From positions 1 through 31,035 of IMG/VR virus record IMGVR_UViG_3300034418_000868: DNA of 31,035 bases; one strand, written 5' to 3'. The translations under genes and the position numbers were made by a program. Every line of letters begins with the position of its first letter. Positions within the stretch are counted from its first letter, which is position 1. This stretch comes from a virus. Taxonomy: Duplodnaviria; Caudoviricetes. The notes beneath the pieces are model-generated. The model worked only from the letters and a program-made list of their open reading frames with translations, did no database searches and was not told the origin of the DNA. Below are positions 1 to 10,149 of this stretch, piece by piece.

Positions 1-1545
1 TCCAAGTGTCGGGTCTGTTGTGAGAGTCTCCCAAGAAGGTACAGTGCCGTTGGTAGTTAGATACTTACCTGACTGACCTGACTGTGTTGGGAAGTCTGTT
101 ACCTGAGATAGAGTGACTGTGGTTGCTACTGGGGCAACGTCCTGCCAGACCGATCCTGTGTAGACCTTCATCGCATCAGTTGACGTATTGAAGTACAACG
201 CACCAGTGATTAAAGCGTTTCCGTCATTGTCTAATGTAGGATCAGATGCCTTCTCGCCTAAGTACCTATCATCAAACTCGTCATATTTATCCGCTGCGTC
301 AGTTGCTGAAGTAGCCGCTGAAGTAGCTGAGCCTGCTGCCGCAGTTGCACTTCCCGCTGCCGCTGTAGCTGAAGAGGCTGCACTTGTAGCACTTGTAGAC
401 GCATTTGAGGCGCTTGTAGAGGCCGCTGACGCGCTGTTAGCCGCATTGGTCTCTGATGTAGCCGCTGCACTCTCTGAGGCCGCTGCCGCCGTTTCTGAAG
501 CCGCTGCTGCCGTTTCTGAGGCTGCTGCGTTGGTTTCCGAAGTAGAGGCCGCACTAGCACTTGAAGCTGCGTTGGTCTCAGAGGTAGAGGCTGCGCTAGC
601 ACTCGCTGCTGCCGCAGTCTCACTAGCCGCTGCGTTGGTTTCACTTGTAGACGCTGCTGAGGCACTAGAAGCTGCATTGGTTTCGCTTGTAGCCGCCGCT
701 GATTCACTAGCCGCCGCCGCTGTCTCGCTAGCTGCTGCTGCCGTCTCAGACGCTGCTGCGTTAGTCTCTGCTGTTTCCGCTGCTGTCTCACTAGCTGCTG
801 CCGCTGTAGCACTAGCCGCCGCCGCCGTAGCACTTGCCGCTGCCGCCGCAGATGTGCCTACCCAGTAGGCAGGAGAGCTTGCCGGAATGTTGCCAGTGTT
901 TGAGTTTTGCAAAGACGTATAGAGAATGCCGTCAGTACCTACCGCATTTTCATTGATTGCGTATGTCCTGGTAGACAGCCAGGCAAAGCTCAGTAGCACC
1001 CAGTACGCTGTCGCACTGGACGGATTATTGTTCAGATTGGTGTTCTGGAGGCTCTGGTACTGCTCGCCGTTATAGGTGACTACAGCACCTTCCTGATAGG
1101 TTATGCCAGAGTTCCATTCTACTGAGTAAAGAAGAGTCCAGTATCCTGACGTAGATGTCGGATCATTGTTCTGGTTGCCTGCGGCAAGAGATCGGTAGTA
1201 TTGACCATCGCTACCCAATACCACAGCATCAGCACTGTATATCTTCGTAGCAACCCAGCCGTCACCAAATACACTAGCAGTCTGACCTATCGGGTCACGG
1301 ACCAGTATCTGCACATCATTCTTGTCTACCAGTATTGCCTTAGCAGTACCACTAAAGAATATGTTTGGTTGCCTACCAGCAGCAGTCAAGATGACCGGAT
1401 TGGTGTTGGCAATAGTCTGGTTGATGTCGCTGAAGGTATCTTTTAGAGTGGTCGTTCCAGTCTCGTAGAAATATATCTTACCGCTGCTTAGCGGATCGCC
1501 AGCGTCATCAAAGTATTGTGCGTTTATCTCGCCAAATCTAGCCAT
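1..1545 (-). CDS. Tail fibre/tailspike-type protein (3' end beyond window): head-binding-like N-terminus, three CBM5/12-like repeats, Ala/Ser/Thr-rich stalk
   Basis: Not in the ORF track because there is no stop in the window. Read by hand from the ATG at 1545, which overlaps the upstream TAA (TAATG): MARFGEINAQYFDDAGDPLSSGKIYFYETGTTTLKDTFSD...NTNPVILTAAGR, open to base 1. Contains SETNAAA/SETAAAA repeats then KYDEFDDRYLGEKASDPTLDNDGNALITGALYFN. Lies after the ejection genes, as the P22 tailspike does. Confidence 0.85.
   Translation of the reverse strand, partial: MARFGEINAQYFDDAGDPLSSGKIYFYETGTTTLKDTFSDINQTIANTNPVILTAAGRQPNIFFSGTAKAILVDKNDVQILVRDPIGQTASVFGDGWVATKIYSADAVVLGSDGQYYRSLAAGNQNNDPTSTSGYWTLLYSVEWNSGITYQEGAVVTYNGEQYQSLQNTNLNNNPSSATAYWVLLSFAWLSTRTYAINENAVGTDGILYTSLQNSNTGNIPASSPAYWVGTSAAAAASATAAAASATAAAASETAAETAETNAAASETAAAASETAAAASESAAATSETNAASSASAASTSETNAAASETAAAASASAASTSETNAASSASAASTSETNAAASETAAAASETAAAASESAAATSETNAANSASAASTSASNASTSATSAASSATAAAGSATAAAGSATSAATSATDAADKYDEFDDRYLGEKASDPTLDNDGNALITGALYFNTSTDAMKVYTGSVWQDVAPVATTVTLSQVTDFPTQSGQSGKYLTTNGTVPSWETLTTDPTLG
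300..850. repeat. Degenerate ~21-bp coding tandem repeat (7-aa Ala/Ser/Thr units of the fibre stalk)
   Basis: Recurrent units such as GCTGCTGCCGTTTCTGAG and GCTGCGTTGGTCTCAGA, encoding SETAAAA/SETNAAS on the minus strand. Confidence 0.85.
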
Positions 1546-3917
1546 TATTCTTCACCAGTAAAATATTGTTCAATCTCATCAATGTTAGAGCGGGTAAAGT
1601 AATCTGCAACTCCTGCTGCAAGTATTCTCTCAGCGGAGGCATTAGGTATATCTTGAGTAGCCATTCTTCCTAACTCTTGAATTGCTGACTTTACGGCATT
1701 AGAAGAAGAATCATACCAATTCGTAAAAGCTCTTGATGTTATCAACCTTTCGGAAACCCTATCCACAGGATCGCCTTCCGCTCCTCTTATGACCAATCTT
1801 CGAAAATTGTTGTCTCTCAGAAGGTCTGACATTCTTTGTGTTACATCGCTTCTACCTGCGGCTCCGACTAATGTGTCAAAAACAACAGAGCCTCCTCTAG
1901 CAGCCATTCCAACAGGCCCGCGATCCGTTCCTATTCTGCCAAGTATTCTGGAGATCAATCCTCCAGACTGATCCAAATTCTCAACAAACTCAACAAGCCT
2001 TCCATTCATCGGTTGCTTTTGGATGCTTCTCTGTAGGCTCCCGCCAATTCGCGCAACATCATCAAAAAATCTAATTTGCTCTTGATCAAGATATTTGGTA
2101 ACAAGATTAAAAACTTTTTGATCCGATTTTACCTGTCTCCACCAGTTTGGATAAAAAGAGAGAGACATTGTAAAGTCTTTATCAACATCAGCAGACCTAG
2201 CTGTTTTCTGCATCATTCCTTTTAATGCAGTAATCACAGCCTGCGGCCTCAGCTCCTCCGGAATCCCGTTGATCCTTCTGGTAAAAGACTGAATGTTTCC
2301 TCTAGTAATGCTTGCAAGAGACTGTTCTAGCTTTGGCATCAAGTCATTGGTTAAATCTTTGCCAAGAGACTGTATTGAAAGCTCTTCAAGTTGCTTTCTC
2401 TGTGCTACTAAACCTTTTGCTGCGTCCCATATTTCAGGAGCCCTAGTGCCGACAATTCCCTCAAGAGCTTGGTTCTGCTGCCGGGTAATTACGTCATAGA
2501 TTTGCCCAAGTGATCTCACATCGGTATCAGGATACGGATTAGAACCTCTCAAAGCAGAAGCGTACTGCTCTCCTGTGGCTCTTCTAAGACGATCAAGCGC
2601 TTCGTAGGATATTCCTTCTGGATCGGTTATTTGGTTAAATATGTTTCTCAAACCAGAAGGCATTTGATTCATGCTTCTGTAGGCTTGATTTAGCTGACCG
2701 ATGTATGAATTTAGAATTGGCGTTTCTACTGTCTGAAACTTTCCTCCAAACCTGTCTACCGCTTTGTCTAGGGCTTTGTATAAGTAGTTTGATTGCTCAG
2801 CCAACCCGGCAATATCATCTTGTATCCTGTCCCGTATAACATCATCAAATGCTCCACGAGATGCTGCCGCGCCATATTCATCCATCCTTCTAGCGACATT
2901 CTCGGACAACGTTAAAATTGCATTTGCCTGATCGTCAGCTAGGTCTGATCCTAGCCTCGCTGTCAGTCCCGCCTGAACCGCTCTAAACTGCTCGTTACCT
3001 GACAATGCGCTTATTGGAACAGCCTGCTCAACGCCAAGTCTTTCTGCCGATGCGACAAGCGTGGGATCGGCTCTAACAGTCTCTGCTGCTCTTGCTACCC
3101 TTGAAGGCTGCTCGCTTATAGCCGCCTCGCCAACCTCAGATATTACCTGCCTCATTCCGGTTTCTTCGGGCGTTCTTCTGGCAAGCATTTCTCTTACTCC
3201 TCGATATGCCCGCGGAACAATGTCAGATGCACCTGTAACTGTAGCACCAAGAACAACCTCTGAAGGATCAAACTGCCCTCCAGCGATAGTTTGAGCCGCT
3301 TCTATTCCTGATTGAGTTGCGGCCTCTAATCCCATTCTTCCCGGTATAGTAGCTCCCGAAGCAACCCTTGATGCCGGAGCAACTGCTGCAAGCATTTGCA
3401 TAGCATCCATCATGCTGATGCCGGGCTTGTTCAAAGAAACGACTCGATTAGTCTGGCGATTGACAGCTAAGAATTCTCCCTCTGGAGTTTGTACGACTCC
3501 TATGTTTGGGTCTTGCCTCATTAGCATTTGACCAAACTCAAACGGATCAAACGTAGTAAGACCAACTGCACCTAGCCCAAGTCCTTTAGCTTGTCTACCC
3601 AAACGTTGCATAATCCCAGCATCTTCAGGAAGCGGAGTCATAATAGACTCAATACCAGTCATTGAAATTTCTGGCGCTTGCTCAAATGCGGCCCTTCTCT
3701 CTGAGGCATATCTAGCTGACTCAGAAGCGTCTGCCGCTCTCTCAATAGCTGCTAGTCTTCTTGCCTCCAGATCAGCAGGAGGCAGAGCGCCAACAATTTG
3801 ACTCGGCGCAACATCGGAAGCACCAACAATAGAAGCAGACGATCTTTGCTGTAGTCTAGCTTTAGCGTTCTGAATCGCTTGCTCGCGCCGCCTTTGTATC
3901 TCTTCCTGATCTGCCAT
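1545..3917 (-). CDS. Large putative DNA ejection/internal virion protein (P22 gp16 position)
   Basis: 790 aa, helical and Ala/Arg/Gln-rich; last gene of the ejection cluster before the fibre. Assigned by synteny. Confidence 0.65.
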   Translation of the reverse strand: MADQEEIQRRREQAIQNAKARLQQRSSASIVGASDVAPSQIVGALPPADLEARRLAAIERAADASESARYASERRAAFEQAPEISMTGIESIMTPLPEDAGIMQRLGRQAKGLGLGAVGLTTFDPFEFGQMLMRQDPNIGVVQTPEGEFLAVNRQTNRVVSLNKPGISMMDAMQMLAAVAPASRVASGATIPGRMGLEAATQSGIEAAQTIAGGQFDPSEVVLGATVTGASDIVPRAYRGVREMLARRTPEETGMRQVISEVGEAAISEQPSRVARAAETVRADPTLVASAERLGVEQAVPISALSGNEQFRAVQAGLTARLGSDLADDQANAILTLSENVARRMDEYGAAASRGAFDDVIRDRIQDDIAGLAEQSNYLYKALDKAVDRFGGKFQTVETPILNSYIGQLNQAYRSMNQMPSGLRNIFNQITDPEGISYEALDRLRRATGEQYASALRGSNPYPDTDVRSLGQIYDVITRQQNQALEGIVGTRAPEIWDAAKGLVAQRKQLEELSIQSLGKDLTNDLMPKLEQSLASITRGNIQSFTRRINGIPEELRPQAVITALKGMMQKTARSADVDKDFTMSLSFYPNWWRQVKSDQKVFNLVTKYLDQEQIRFFDDVARIGGSLQRSIQKQPMNGRLVEFVENLDQSGGLISRILGRIGTDRGPVGMAARGGSVVFDTLVGAAGRSDVTQRMSDLLRDNNFRRLVIRGAEGDPVDRVSERLITSRAFTNWYDSSSNAVKSAIQELGRMATQDIPNASAERILAAGVADYFTRSNIDEIEQYFTGEE

Positions 3918-3926
3918 AATAATTCC

Positions 3927-4979
3927 TTAGAACAACGCTCGCTCTTCTTCAGTCATTGCAGACCATACCTCTGGAGATACACCAGCAGATATTGCTGATA
4001 ATGGTAATGACGGTCTTTGTGAAGATTCTCGATAATCTATAAGAGCATTCTCTGGATTCAAGCTAGTTCTCTTGGCGAGCGACTCGTATCTTTGATAAAC
4101 CCTGCCGAACGATGCAGCGTTTGAGTTATAAAGCCTTTTAGCTCTATCAACAAAATCGTCCCTAACAGTAGGAGCCAACCTCGTTCCCTCTACAGCTTGA
4201 TTGTACTTAGCCCAGATACTTTCCGGCACTGATCCTGCGCTTTGGGCTGTTGCAAACTCTCCCTCACGAACAACAGAATTTGGATCTAGCATTTTCATAT
4301 ATGCGAAAATCAAAGAGATATCTCCAGCAGGGCTAGGATCTTCTGCGGAAGCCAATACCGTATCAAGAGCGCTACTCCTAATTGCAAAATCTTTTACTTG
4401 CGGCAGAGCGTTAAACTCTTTTCTTAAATCTGTTTCGGCTTTTCTAATTTCTTCAGGAGACGTAGCAGGAATTCCAGCAACCGGCTGTGTTCTAATTCCT
4501 CCTCCCGGCGTTCGAAACATTGCTACTCCTTTCTCAACGCCCACAAACTCATCGCCTTTTATCAGGCCCATTCGAGTTGCATTTTGAACCGTTGTATTTA
4601 TCTGCGGAAGAATAGCCTCAAAACCTCCAGACATTAGCTGTTCTTGCAATCTCATTGTGGAGCTAGGGTCAGCGCCTATATTTGATAACAAATTTGCCCT
4701 GTCTCCCAATATATCTGCTGCTCCTTGCAAGTTTCCTGTTCTAGCGAATCCCTGTATAGCTAACGCATCTTGAGCCGCTGACTTTGTAAGGATGTCTTGC
4801 ATCTGAATATCTTGCAATGCCATCTGTCTGCGTTGCTGCTCTTCTGCCTGCATCTGCTGCCGAAACTGCGGGACTTGACCTGTAGCAGCAGCGCCCAATC
4901 CTCTAAGCAAAGTAGGAACATCTGGCCTACGCTGTTGCATTGGCATTCTGCCGCCTAGTAGTGATGAATTGTCAGCCAT
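3927..4979 (-). CDS. Putative DNA ejection protein (gp20-like position)
   Basis: 350 aa; Gln-rich N-terminus, with a DISLIFAYMKMLDPNSVVREGEF block that resembles phage injection proteins. Synteny. Confidence 0.6.
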   Translation of the reverse strand: MADNSSLLGGRMPMQQRRPDVPTLLRGLGAAATGQVPQFRQQMQAEEQQRRQMALQDIQMQDILTKSAAQDALAIQGFARTGNLQGAADILGDRANLLSNIGADPSSTMRLQEQLMSGGFEAILPQINTTVQNATRMGLIKGDEFVGVEKGVAMFRTPGGGIRTQPVAGIPATSPEEIRKAETDLRKEFNALPQVKDFAIRSSALDTVLASAEDPSPAGDISLIFAYMKMLDPNSVVREGEFATAQSAGSVPESIWAKYNQAVEGTRLAPTVRDDFVDRAKRLYNSNAASFGRVYQRYESLAKRTSLNPENALIDYRESSQRPSLPLSAISAGVSPEVWSAMTEEERALF

Positions 4980-4988
4980 TTATTTATC

Positions 4989-7049
4989 CTACGTTATCCT
5001 TGATATGCCAAACGGGTTATAAGCTTGATATCCAGCCGGAGCAGTTCCTGTCATCTGGGTCATATTAGATACTGGGTAAGTCGTTTGTGGTTGCGTTGAA
5101 GGAGTTAGCCCTTGCCCAAACTCATAACCCAATGCAGCGCCTTGCAGTATGCTTCCTGCTGCGTTTGGAGGAGGAACAAACTGTGCTGCTGGTACGCCTG
5201 CCAAGTTACTAGCTATACCTTGATTAATGTTGGCCTGTAATACCGCCAACTCAGTCTGTGCTGCCGCATCACCTGCTGCTGCTGCCTGCTGTAACTGGTT
5301 CATGTAGTTAGTTTGCGCTCCGATCATAGAAGCCGTTCCAGCTCCCTGAGCCTGCTGTAGATCAGCAAGCTGAGACGCTGCCGTACCAAACTGACCTGCG
5401 AGCTGCTCGCCTGCGCGAGTTCTCATGCCTGCTACGTTCAGTCCTGTCTGAGCCGCTAAGTCTGCTGCGCGAGTACCTATGCCCAGCGCAATGTTTGAGC
5501 GGCCTGCACCCAACCCGGTGAGTAAATCAGCCTCAGTGGTTCCCAGCTGCTGCGCCAGGTTAGCCAACTGCGTACCCTGCTGAGTAGCTGCCTGCAGACC
5601 AGAAGTACCGCCAAGCACACCCAAATTTGCAAGCTGCTGAGCTTGACCAGTAGATATATTTGCCAAGTTTTGACCAGCACCAGCGGCCAATCCCGAAAGC
5701 TGCTGAGCGCCGCCTGTGGCAATATTAGCCGCACTGCCTCTGGCGCCGAGCCCTTGAGCTGACAACGCCTGAAGGTTAGCTATCTGGTTCTGTAAATCCT
5801 GCGAAGCCAATCCGGTTCCGTACCGGGTCAGCTCTTGCATGACTCTACCGCCTCCCAGACCGCCTCTCGCGGCTGCTGTGCGAAGAGCTGCACGTTCACC
5901 CTGCTCTCGCAGGAATTGCATCTGTGGGCTCTCCTGATACGCCTGCTGGAATGCCTCTGGGCCTAACGCACCCGAAAGCGCCAGTTGCTGCTGTAGCGCC
6001 TGACCGCCAGCCTGAGCGTATGGATCAAACATTGCCTCAGCTCTTCCAAACCCAGATTGAATATCGCCTCTGGACTGAGCAAGAGCCTGCTGTATATCTG
6101 CGCGGCCTCCGGCAAATCCTGACTCAATGTCCGCTCTAGCGCCTCCCAGAGCCTGCTGGAGAGCGCCTATGCCAGTTTGAGTACCCTGCATTATGTCTTG
6201 TCTGGCTTGGCCTATACCGCCTCTCAGGGCTCCTATGCCGCCCAGTGTGCCAGCAGTAAGTTCTCTGCCTGCTGCGCCTGCGGTAGTACCTAAAAGCCCT
6301 GTAGCCCTTCCTGCGCCGCCTAACGCAGCCTGTTCTGCTGCTGCAAGACCTACAGGTAGCTGCGCGCCAGCCATACCGCCTGTCTGCGCGTTTCTCAGAA
6401 GGTTTGGATCAACCGCATCTGGAACCGTAGTCACAGGAGGCGAAACAACCGGAGGAGGCGGAGGATCATATGTTGGAGTCTCAGGAATCAGCCCTCTTTC
6501 TTGCCTCATTCTGTCAAACGCGCTGTTCACAAAATCAAGCCCTAAACCATACTGGTCAGCTACCTGTTGAGCGGTTGTTGCTCCAGACAGCAAATCATCA
6601 AACACCTGATTTTGTATTCTGCCAAGATTGTTATTAACGTAATCAACGCTAACGCCGTATTCTTGAGCAACCTGCTCTGGAGTCTTAGCACCACTGGAAA
6701 GCTCACCTACCGCCCTGTTTATATCTTCCTGCTTGAATGCTGGGCGTGATGTATCTATTACCTTATCCAACGGGCGCGTAGGAGGAGTTATTGGTTCAGA
6801 TTGAACCTGCTTCTCAATAACCTGCTCGATAGGAGGCGCATCAGTTATAACCTGATCATAAGCCTGCCTCGCAACTGCCGGATCAACACCCATCACATTT
6901 GCAATGTAATTAAGATCAGCGCCGACATCATCAATAAGCCTAGCGATCTCTGGGACCGTGGCATTTGGCGTAGACTTTATGAAATCGAGAACAATAAACT
7001 CGGCCTCTCTTACGCCTTCTGTATCTTCTCGCTTACCTCTAATCATCAC
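4989..7049 (-). CDS. Putative DNA transfer (ejection) protein with N-terminal HTH-like repeats
   Basis: 686 aa; Gly/Ala/Gln-rich body with SPQMQFLREQGERAALRTAAARGGLGGG, typical of podoviral DNA transfer proteins. Pro-rich linker after the N-terminal repeats. Confidence 0.7.
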   Translation of the reverse strand: MMIRGKREDTEGVREAEFIVLDFIKSTPNATVPEIARLIDDVGADLNYIANVMGVDPAVARQAYDQVITDAPPIEQVIEKQVQSEPITPPTRPLDKVIDTSRPAFKQEDINRAVGELSSGAKTPEQVAQEYGVSVDYVNNNLGRIQNQVFDDLLSGATTAQQVADQYGLGLDFVNSAFDRMRQERGLIPETPTYDPPPPPVVSPPVTTVPDAVDPNLLRNAQTGGMAGAQLPVGLAAAEQAALGGAGRATGLLGTTAGAAGRELTAGTLGGIGALRGGIGQARQDIMQGTQTGIGALQQALGGARADIESGFAGGRADIQQALAQSRGDIQSGFGRAEAMFDPYAQAGGQALQQQLALSGALGPEAFQQAYQESPQMQFLREQGERAALRTAAARGGLGGGRVMQELTRYGTGLASQDLQNQIANLQALSAQGLGARGSAANIATGGAQQLSGLAAGAGQNLANISTGQAQQLANLGVLGGTSGLQAATQQGTQLANLAQQLGTTEADLLTGLGAGRSNIALGIGTRAADLAAQTGLNVAGMRTRAGEQLAGQFGTAASQLADLQQAQGAGTASMIGAQTNYMNQLQQAAAAGDAAAQTELAVLQANINQGIASNLAGVPAAQFVPPPNAAGSILQGAALGYEFGQGLTPSTQPQTTYPVSNMTQMTGTAPAGYQAYNPFGISRIT

Positions 7050-7627
7050 GGTATCTGCCCATCTGTTTGGAATGTCAGCATTGCTTGTTGCATTTGATCA
7101 ACTGGCGCGGCTGCTTGTTGTGTGGCTTGTTGTGTGGCTTGTCCCTGACCGCCCGGAACAGGAGTAAACTGCATCTGCACTGGAGGAGCTTGATCTGCTG
7201 TGTTGACCACTCCCAAAGGCGCTAGCACTGAATAATCTAACTGACCGCCGACATTCTGGGCCTGCGGCATATATCCCAATGAACCAGTTCCGAGTATTGC
7301 AGACTGCATAAATGGCTGAGCTTCAGCGATTCTCTGCTGAGCCATATAGTTACCTTCCCGGAATTGCTCTAGCTGTGGTCTGAACATTGAACCAGCCAAA
7401 GCTAGCGCCCTGTTTGCGCTTTCTTGCCGAATATCCTGAGACCTTTGATATGCTGGAGCTAATGGCTCTAACGCCTTTTGACCGAAGTTCTGAATGGCCT
7501 GCATAGCCTCGCGGCGCATACGTTCTGAAGTTTCTGTTTGACCTTCTGCAGCTTTTCTGGACTGCCTAGCGCCATAGGCTCCAGCTGTTGCACCCGCTAA
7601 AGCTAGCCCAATAGTTATCGGATCCAT
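7046..7627 (-). CDS. Putative DNA transfer protein (P22 gp7-like)
   Basis: Hydrophobic Gly/Ala N-terminus (MDPITIGLALAGATAGAYGA), then a Gln/Ala-rich helix; GGAG SD; first gene of the ejection cluster. Confidence 0.7.
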   Translation of the reverse strand: MDPITIGLALAGATAGAYGARQSRKAAEGQTETSERMRREAMQAIQNFGQKALEPLAPAYQRSQDIRQESANRALALAGSMFRPQLEQFREGNYMAQQRIAEAQPFMQSAILGTGSLGYMPQAQNVGGQLDYSVLAPLGVVNTADQAPPVQMQFTPVPGGQGQATQQATQQAAAPVDQMQQAMLTFQTDGQIP

Positions 7628-7637
7628 ATCTGTTCTC

Positions 7638-7889
7638 CTAAACCGCTATCCAGCCACGGGTACGGTCACCGCCGATCTCGGGCTGCATCTTTCTATATTG
7701 AATTGATCCCGCGCTCCCAGTGGTGTCGAGATATAAACTAAACTGTACCGCTTCAACTACACCCTCCGGGCTTCCTGCACCCGTTATCGGTATAGACAGG
7801 GCTGCTTCCTGCGTAAACTGCCTGAAGGGCTGCTCCATCGTCCCGTTAGCATCAACAATCGGCTGAGCCGCGTTCAGCTTGTAGCTCAT
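7638..7889 (-). CDS. Small virion tail-associated protein
   Basis: 83 aa, coupled to the gp10-like gene (ATGA overlap); GAGSPEGVVEA...SLYLDTTG...GW motif resembles phage tail-associated modules. Confidence 0.6.
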   Translation of the reverse strand: MSYKLNAAQPIVDANGTMEQPFRQFTQEAALSIPITGAGSPEGVVEAVQFSLYLDTTGSAGSIQYRKMQPEIGGDRTRGWIAV

Positions 7890-9307
7890 TGCGTCACCAC
7901 TATATCTGCGGTCATCTGAATGAACACCGGCTTGACGGGCTCGCTCATGCTAAACCTGAAAAGCTCAAACCTCGATGCCCTGCCATTGCGATTCCATATC
8001 ACCCGGCGGTTGTACTCTCCGGTCTTGCCAATACTGCGGTATCTGGCATCAGACCATATTTTACCATCTGTTGAGCGTTCTAAGCCTACTTTTGGGTCCA
8101 TCGCATCAGAATTACCCACGCCGCTTTCCACGGTAAGCTCTAGCTCTGGCAGCACGAAAGACTCCATATTGTTCTGGAAAGGCTGAGTAACTATTGTCCT
8201 GCGTATCTCTGTGCCGTACTCGGTGTAAGTGTCTTGATCTAAAAGACCTATGCGCCCATCTACCAGATCACCAGCCCACAACTGATTGTACGCCCTAACC
8301 AACGCAGTTACGCGATAAGCACCAAGAGAACCATCTACAAATGACTTCCTTTCGTGCCATCGCTTGCTAATCGTGTCATATACCAGCGTAGTACCAGGCA
8401 ACGCAAAGCCAACAAAGTACGCGCCTTTCTCTGCGTATGCCCAGCTAAATATGTCTGCTACCTGCGTTTCAGTCAGCTCGCTGAGCTCCTTGTCTATAGC
8501 AGTCGTAGATATCTTTGCTACGCTGTTACCATTCAGAGCCCAGATGGCCGGTGACTCGTTAGCACCAGCGCCAACAAACACAAACGTATCCTGTATTGAC
8601 TGAATGCTAAACGGGCTCGATATGCCCTTGCTCAAGAACAACCCTGTCCGCTGAAACGGAAAGTCAGCACCGCCAATGTTTTGAAATGCTTCTATCGTCT
8701 GCGAACCGCCGATAAATAGCTGGTTCTTAAATACAACCGGAGCAACAATCTCATCCGGGTCTGACTCAGCAGTACCGAAGTCTAGCGCGTTGTATGAGAG
8801 ACCATCGTTCAGTGCACTAACGATAAACTTCTTAGAATCTGTAGTAAGACAAAAATAACCATCTATATAGACTACCTGCTGCGGGTTACCGTTAGCTGTG
8901 AAGTCAGCATCCGTAATCTGGGAGAAGGAATCTGTAACGTGGTTGTAAATGTAGCCGTTACCTCCCGGCACTAAAACCAGCATCTGCGTACCATTGTCAG
9001 CCATTGATACTCTGCCAGATCCGTCTATTTGACCGTGATCTGTTAGAACATAGCTGGCTGACATACTGTATAGCTTTCCATCAATAACAAAGTAAGGCAC
9101 ACCGTTCATTTCATGTGCGCCACGGCAGTTACTGATGTCACTTGCGCTAGCTACTTGTGTAAGACCGGGAGTGCCAAACAGAGTCTCCTGATTTAACGCA
9201 GGAGCCTGAGCTATATTCGGATAGAAGTTAGTGCATTCCTGCGCCGATATCGGCAGAGAATCGCTCTCATAATATCCGTTAGCTATTGGCAAAATAACCT
9301 TCGGCAT
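7886..9307 (-). CDS. Packaged DNA stabilization / tail hub protein (P22 gp10-like)
   Basis: 473 aa, beta-rich; GRVSMADNG, DGYF, DFGTAESDPD and GEYNRRVIWNRNG segments. Size and position match gp10. Confidence 0.9.
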   Translation of the reverse strand: MPKVILPIANGYYESDSLPISAQECTNFYPNIAQAPALNQETLFGTPGLTQVASASDISNCRGAHEMNGVPYFVIDGKLYSMSASYVLTDHGQIDGSGRVSMADNGTQMLVLVPGGNGYIYNHVTDSFSQITDADFTANGNPQQVVYIDGYFCLTTDSKKFIVSALNDGLSYNALDFGTAESDPDEIVAPVVFKNQLFIGGSQTIEAFQNIGGADFPFQRTGLFLSKGISSPFSIQSIQDTFVFVGAGANESPAIWALNGNSVAKISTTAIDKELSELTETQVADIFSWAYAEKGAYFVGFALPGTTLVYDTISKRWHERKSFVDGSLGAYRVTALVRAYNQLWAGDLVDGRIGLLDQDTYTEYGTEIRRTIVTQPFQNNMESFVLPELELTVESGVGNSDAMDPKVGLERSTDGKIWSDARYRSIGKTGEYNRRVIWNRNGRASRFELFRFSMSEPVKPVFIQMTADIVVTQ

Positions 9308-10149
9308 TAGTTCACAATACCCACAATTGCATCAATCAAAACAACATTATCTGTGCTCGTGTCGTTACCAATATAAAGCTCAATGTAATCATTTTGAGAC
9401 AAGGAAACATTGAAAAACGTAGAAGCATTGGCAGACTCAGCCGAATCAACCTTTCTGGTTATTTTGCTGCCAGCTTCAACTGTTCCGTTTTTAGCAACCT
9501 GTATGAATACTTCTTGATTGTTTGAAGTAACAGGACTAAACGTAGCACTAACGTGAACAGCAGCAACTCTCGCAGAAGTACCGTTGTAGACAATCTTTCC
9601 TGTTGTATCTCCTGTGAATCCAGACTGTATGCCAACAACATAGGTTGCAGAAGCCTTAACGGGAGTACCAGCAGTTGATATTGTTGTTTCTCCAGTGTTT
9701 CCTTGAACACTAACCTGAGCGTATGGTTGCGCTTCAGCGTCAATCGTAACGTAGTTGCTTGTTGATGTTACGCTTATTCCGTTTCCTCCAACAATACTCG
9801 CTATATCAGGAGTTGCGTCCGTTACGTTAAGTAACAGTGGAGCGCCAGTGGAGTCGGCAGAGAAGTTGTGCTTGATCTCTACACCATTCTGGGCAGATAT
9901 GTTAGCCAGTATGCCCGCGCCGCTCTCGATGTTTCTGATTTTGTTTACGGTCCCATCAATATCCAGAACCGCTATGCCAGTGGGAGCGCCAGCCTGCACA
10001 ATCGTCCCGGTGACACCCAATCCTGCAAGGAAGTCACTATATGCGATCTTGTAGTTCGTGCCGTTGACAAAGTAATCAACGTAAGCGCCAGCCTCTACCG
10101 AAGTCTTCGCTACAAAATCGGACTTCTTCCTGCCCTGTGATCTATCCAT
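9307..10149 (-). CDS. Putative structural protein with C-terminal C1q/BclA-like beta-sandwich
   Basis: 280 aa, Gly/Ser/Thr/Val-rich; C-terminus VAKNGTVEAGS...VSLSQNDYIELYIGN. Translationally coupled between gp4 and gp10. Confidence 0.55.
   Translation of the reverse strand: MDRSQGRKKSDFVAKTSVEAGAYVDYFVNGTNYKIAYSDFLAGLGVTGTIVQAGAPTGIAVLDIDGTVNKIRNIESGAGILANISAQNGVEIKHNFSADSTGAPLLLNVTDATPDIASIVGGNGISVTSTSNYVTIDAEAQPYAQVSVQGNTGETTISTAGTPVKASATYVVGIQSGFTGDTTGKIVYNGTSARVAAVHVSATFSPVTSNNQEVFIQVAKNGTVEAGSKITRKVDSAESANASTFFNVSLSQNDYIELYIGNDTSTDNVVLIDAIVGIVN

Noticed and set aside
188-868. 226-aa plus-strand and 191-aa minus-strand ORFs in the track
   Set aside because: Both are shadows of the GCN-rich repeat in the real tail-fibre frame (1-1545, minus strand).
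7113-7142. Short 12-bp tandem repeat (QATQ units)
   Set aside because: Ordinary low-complexity linker in an ejection protein.
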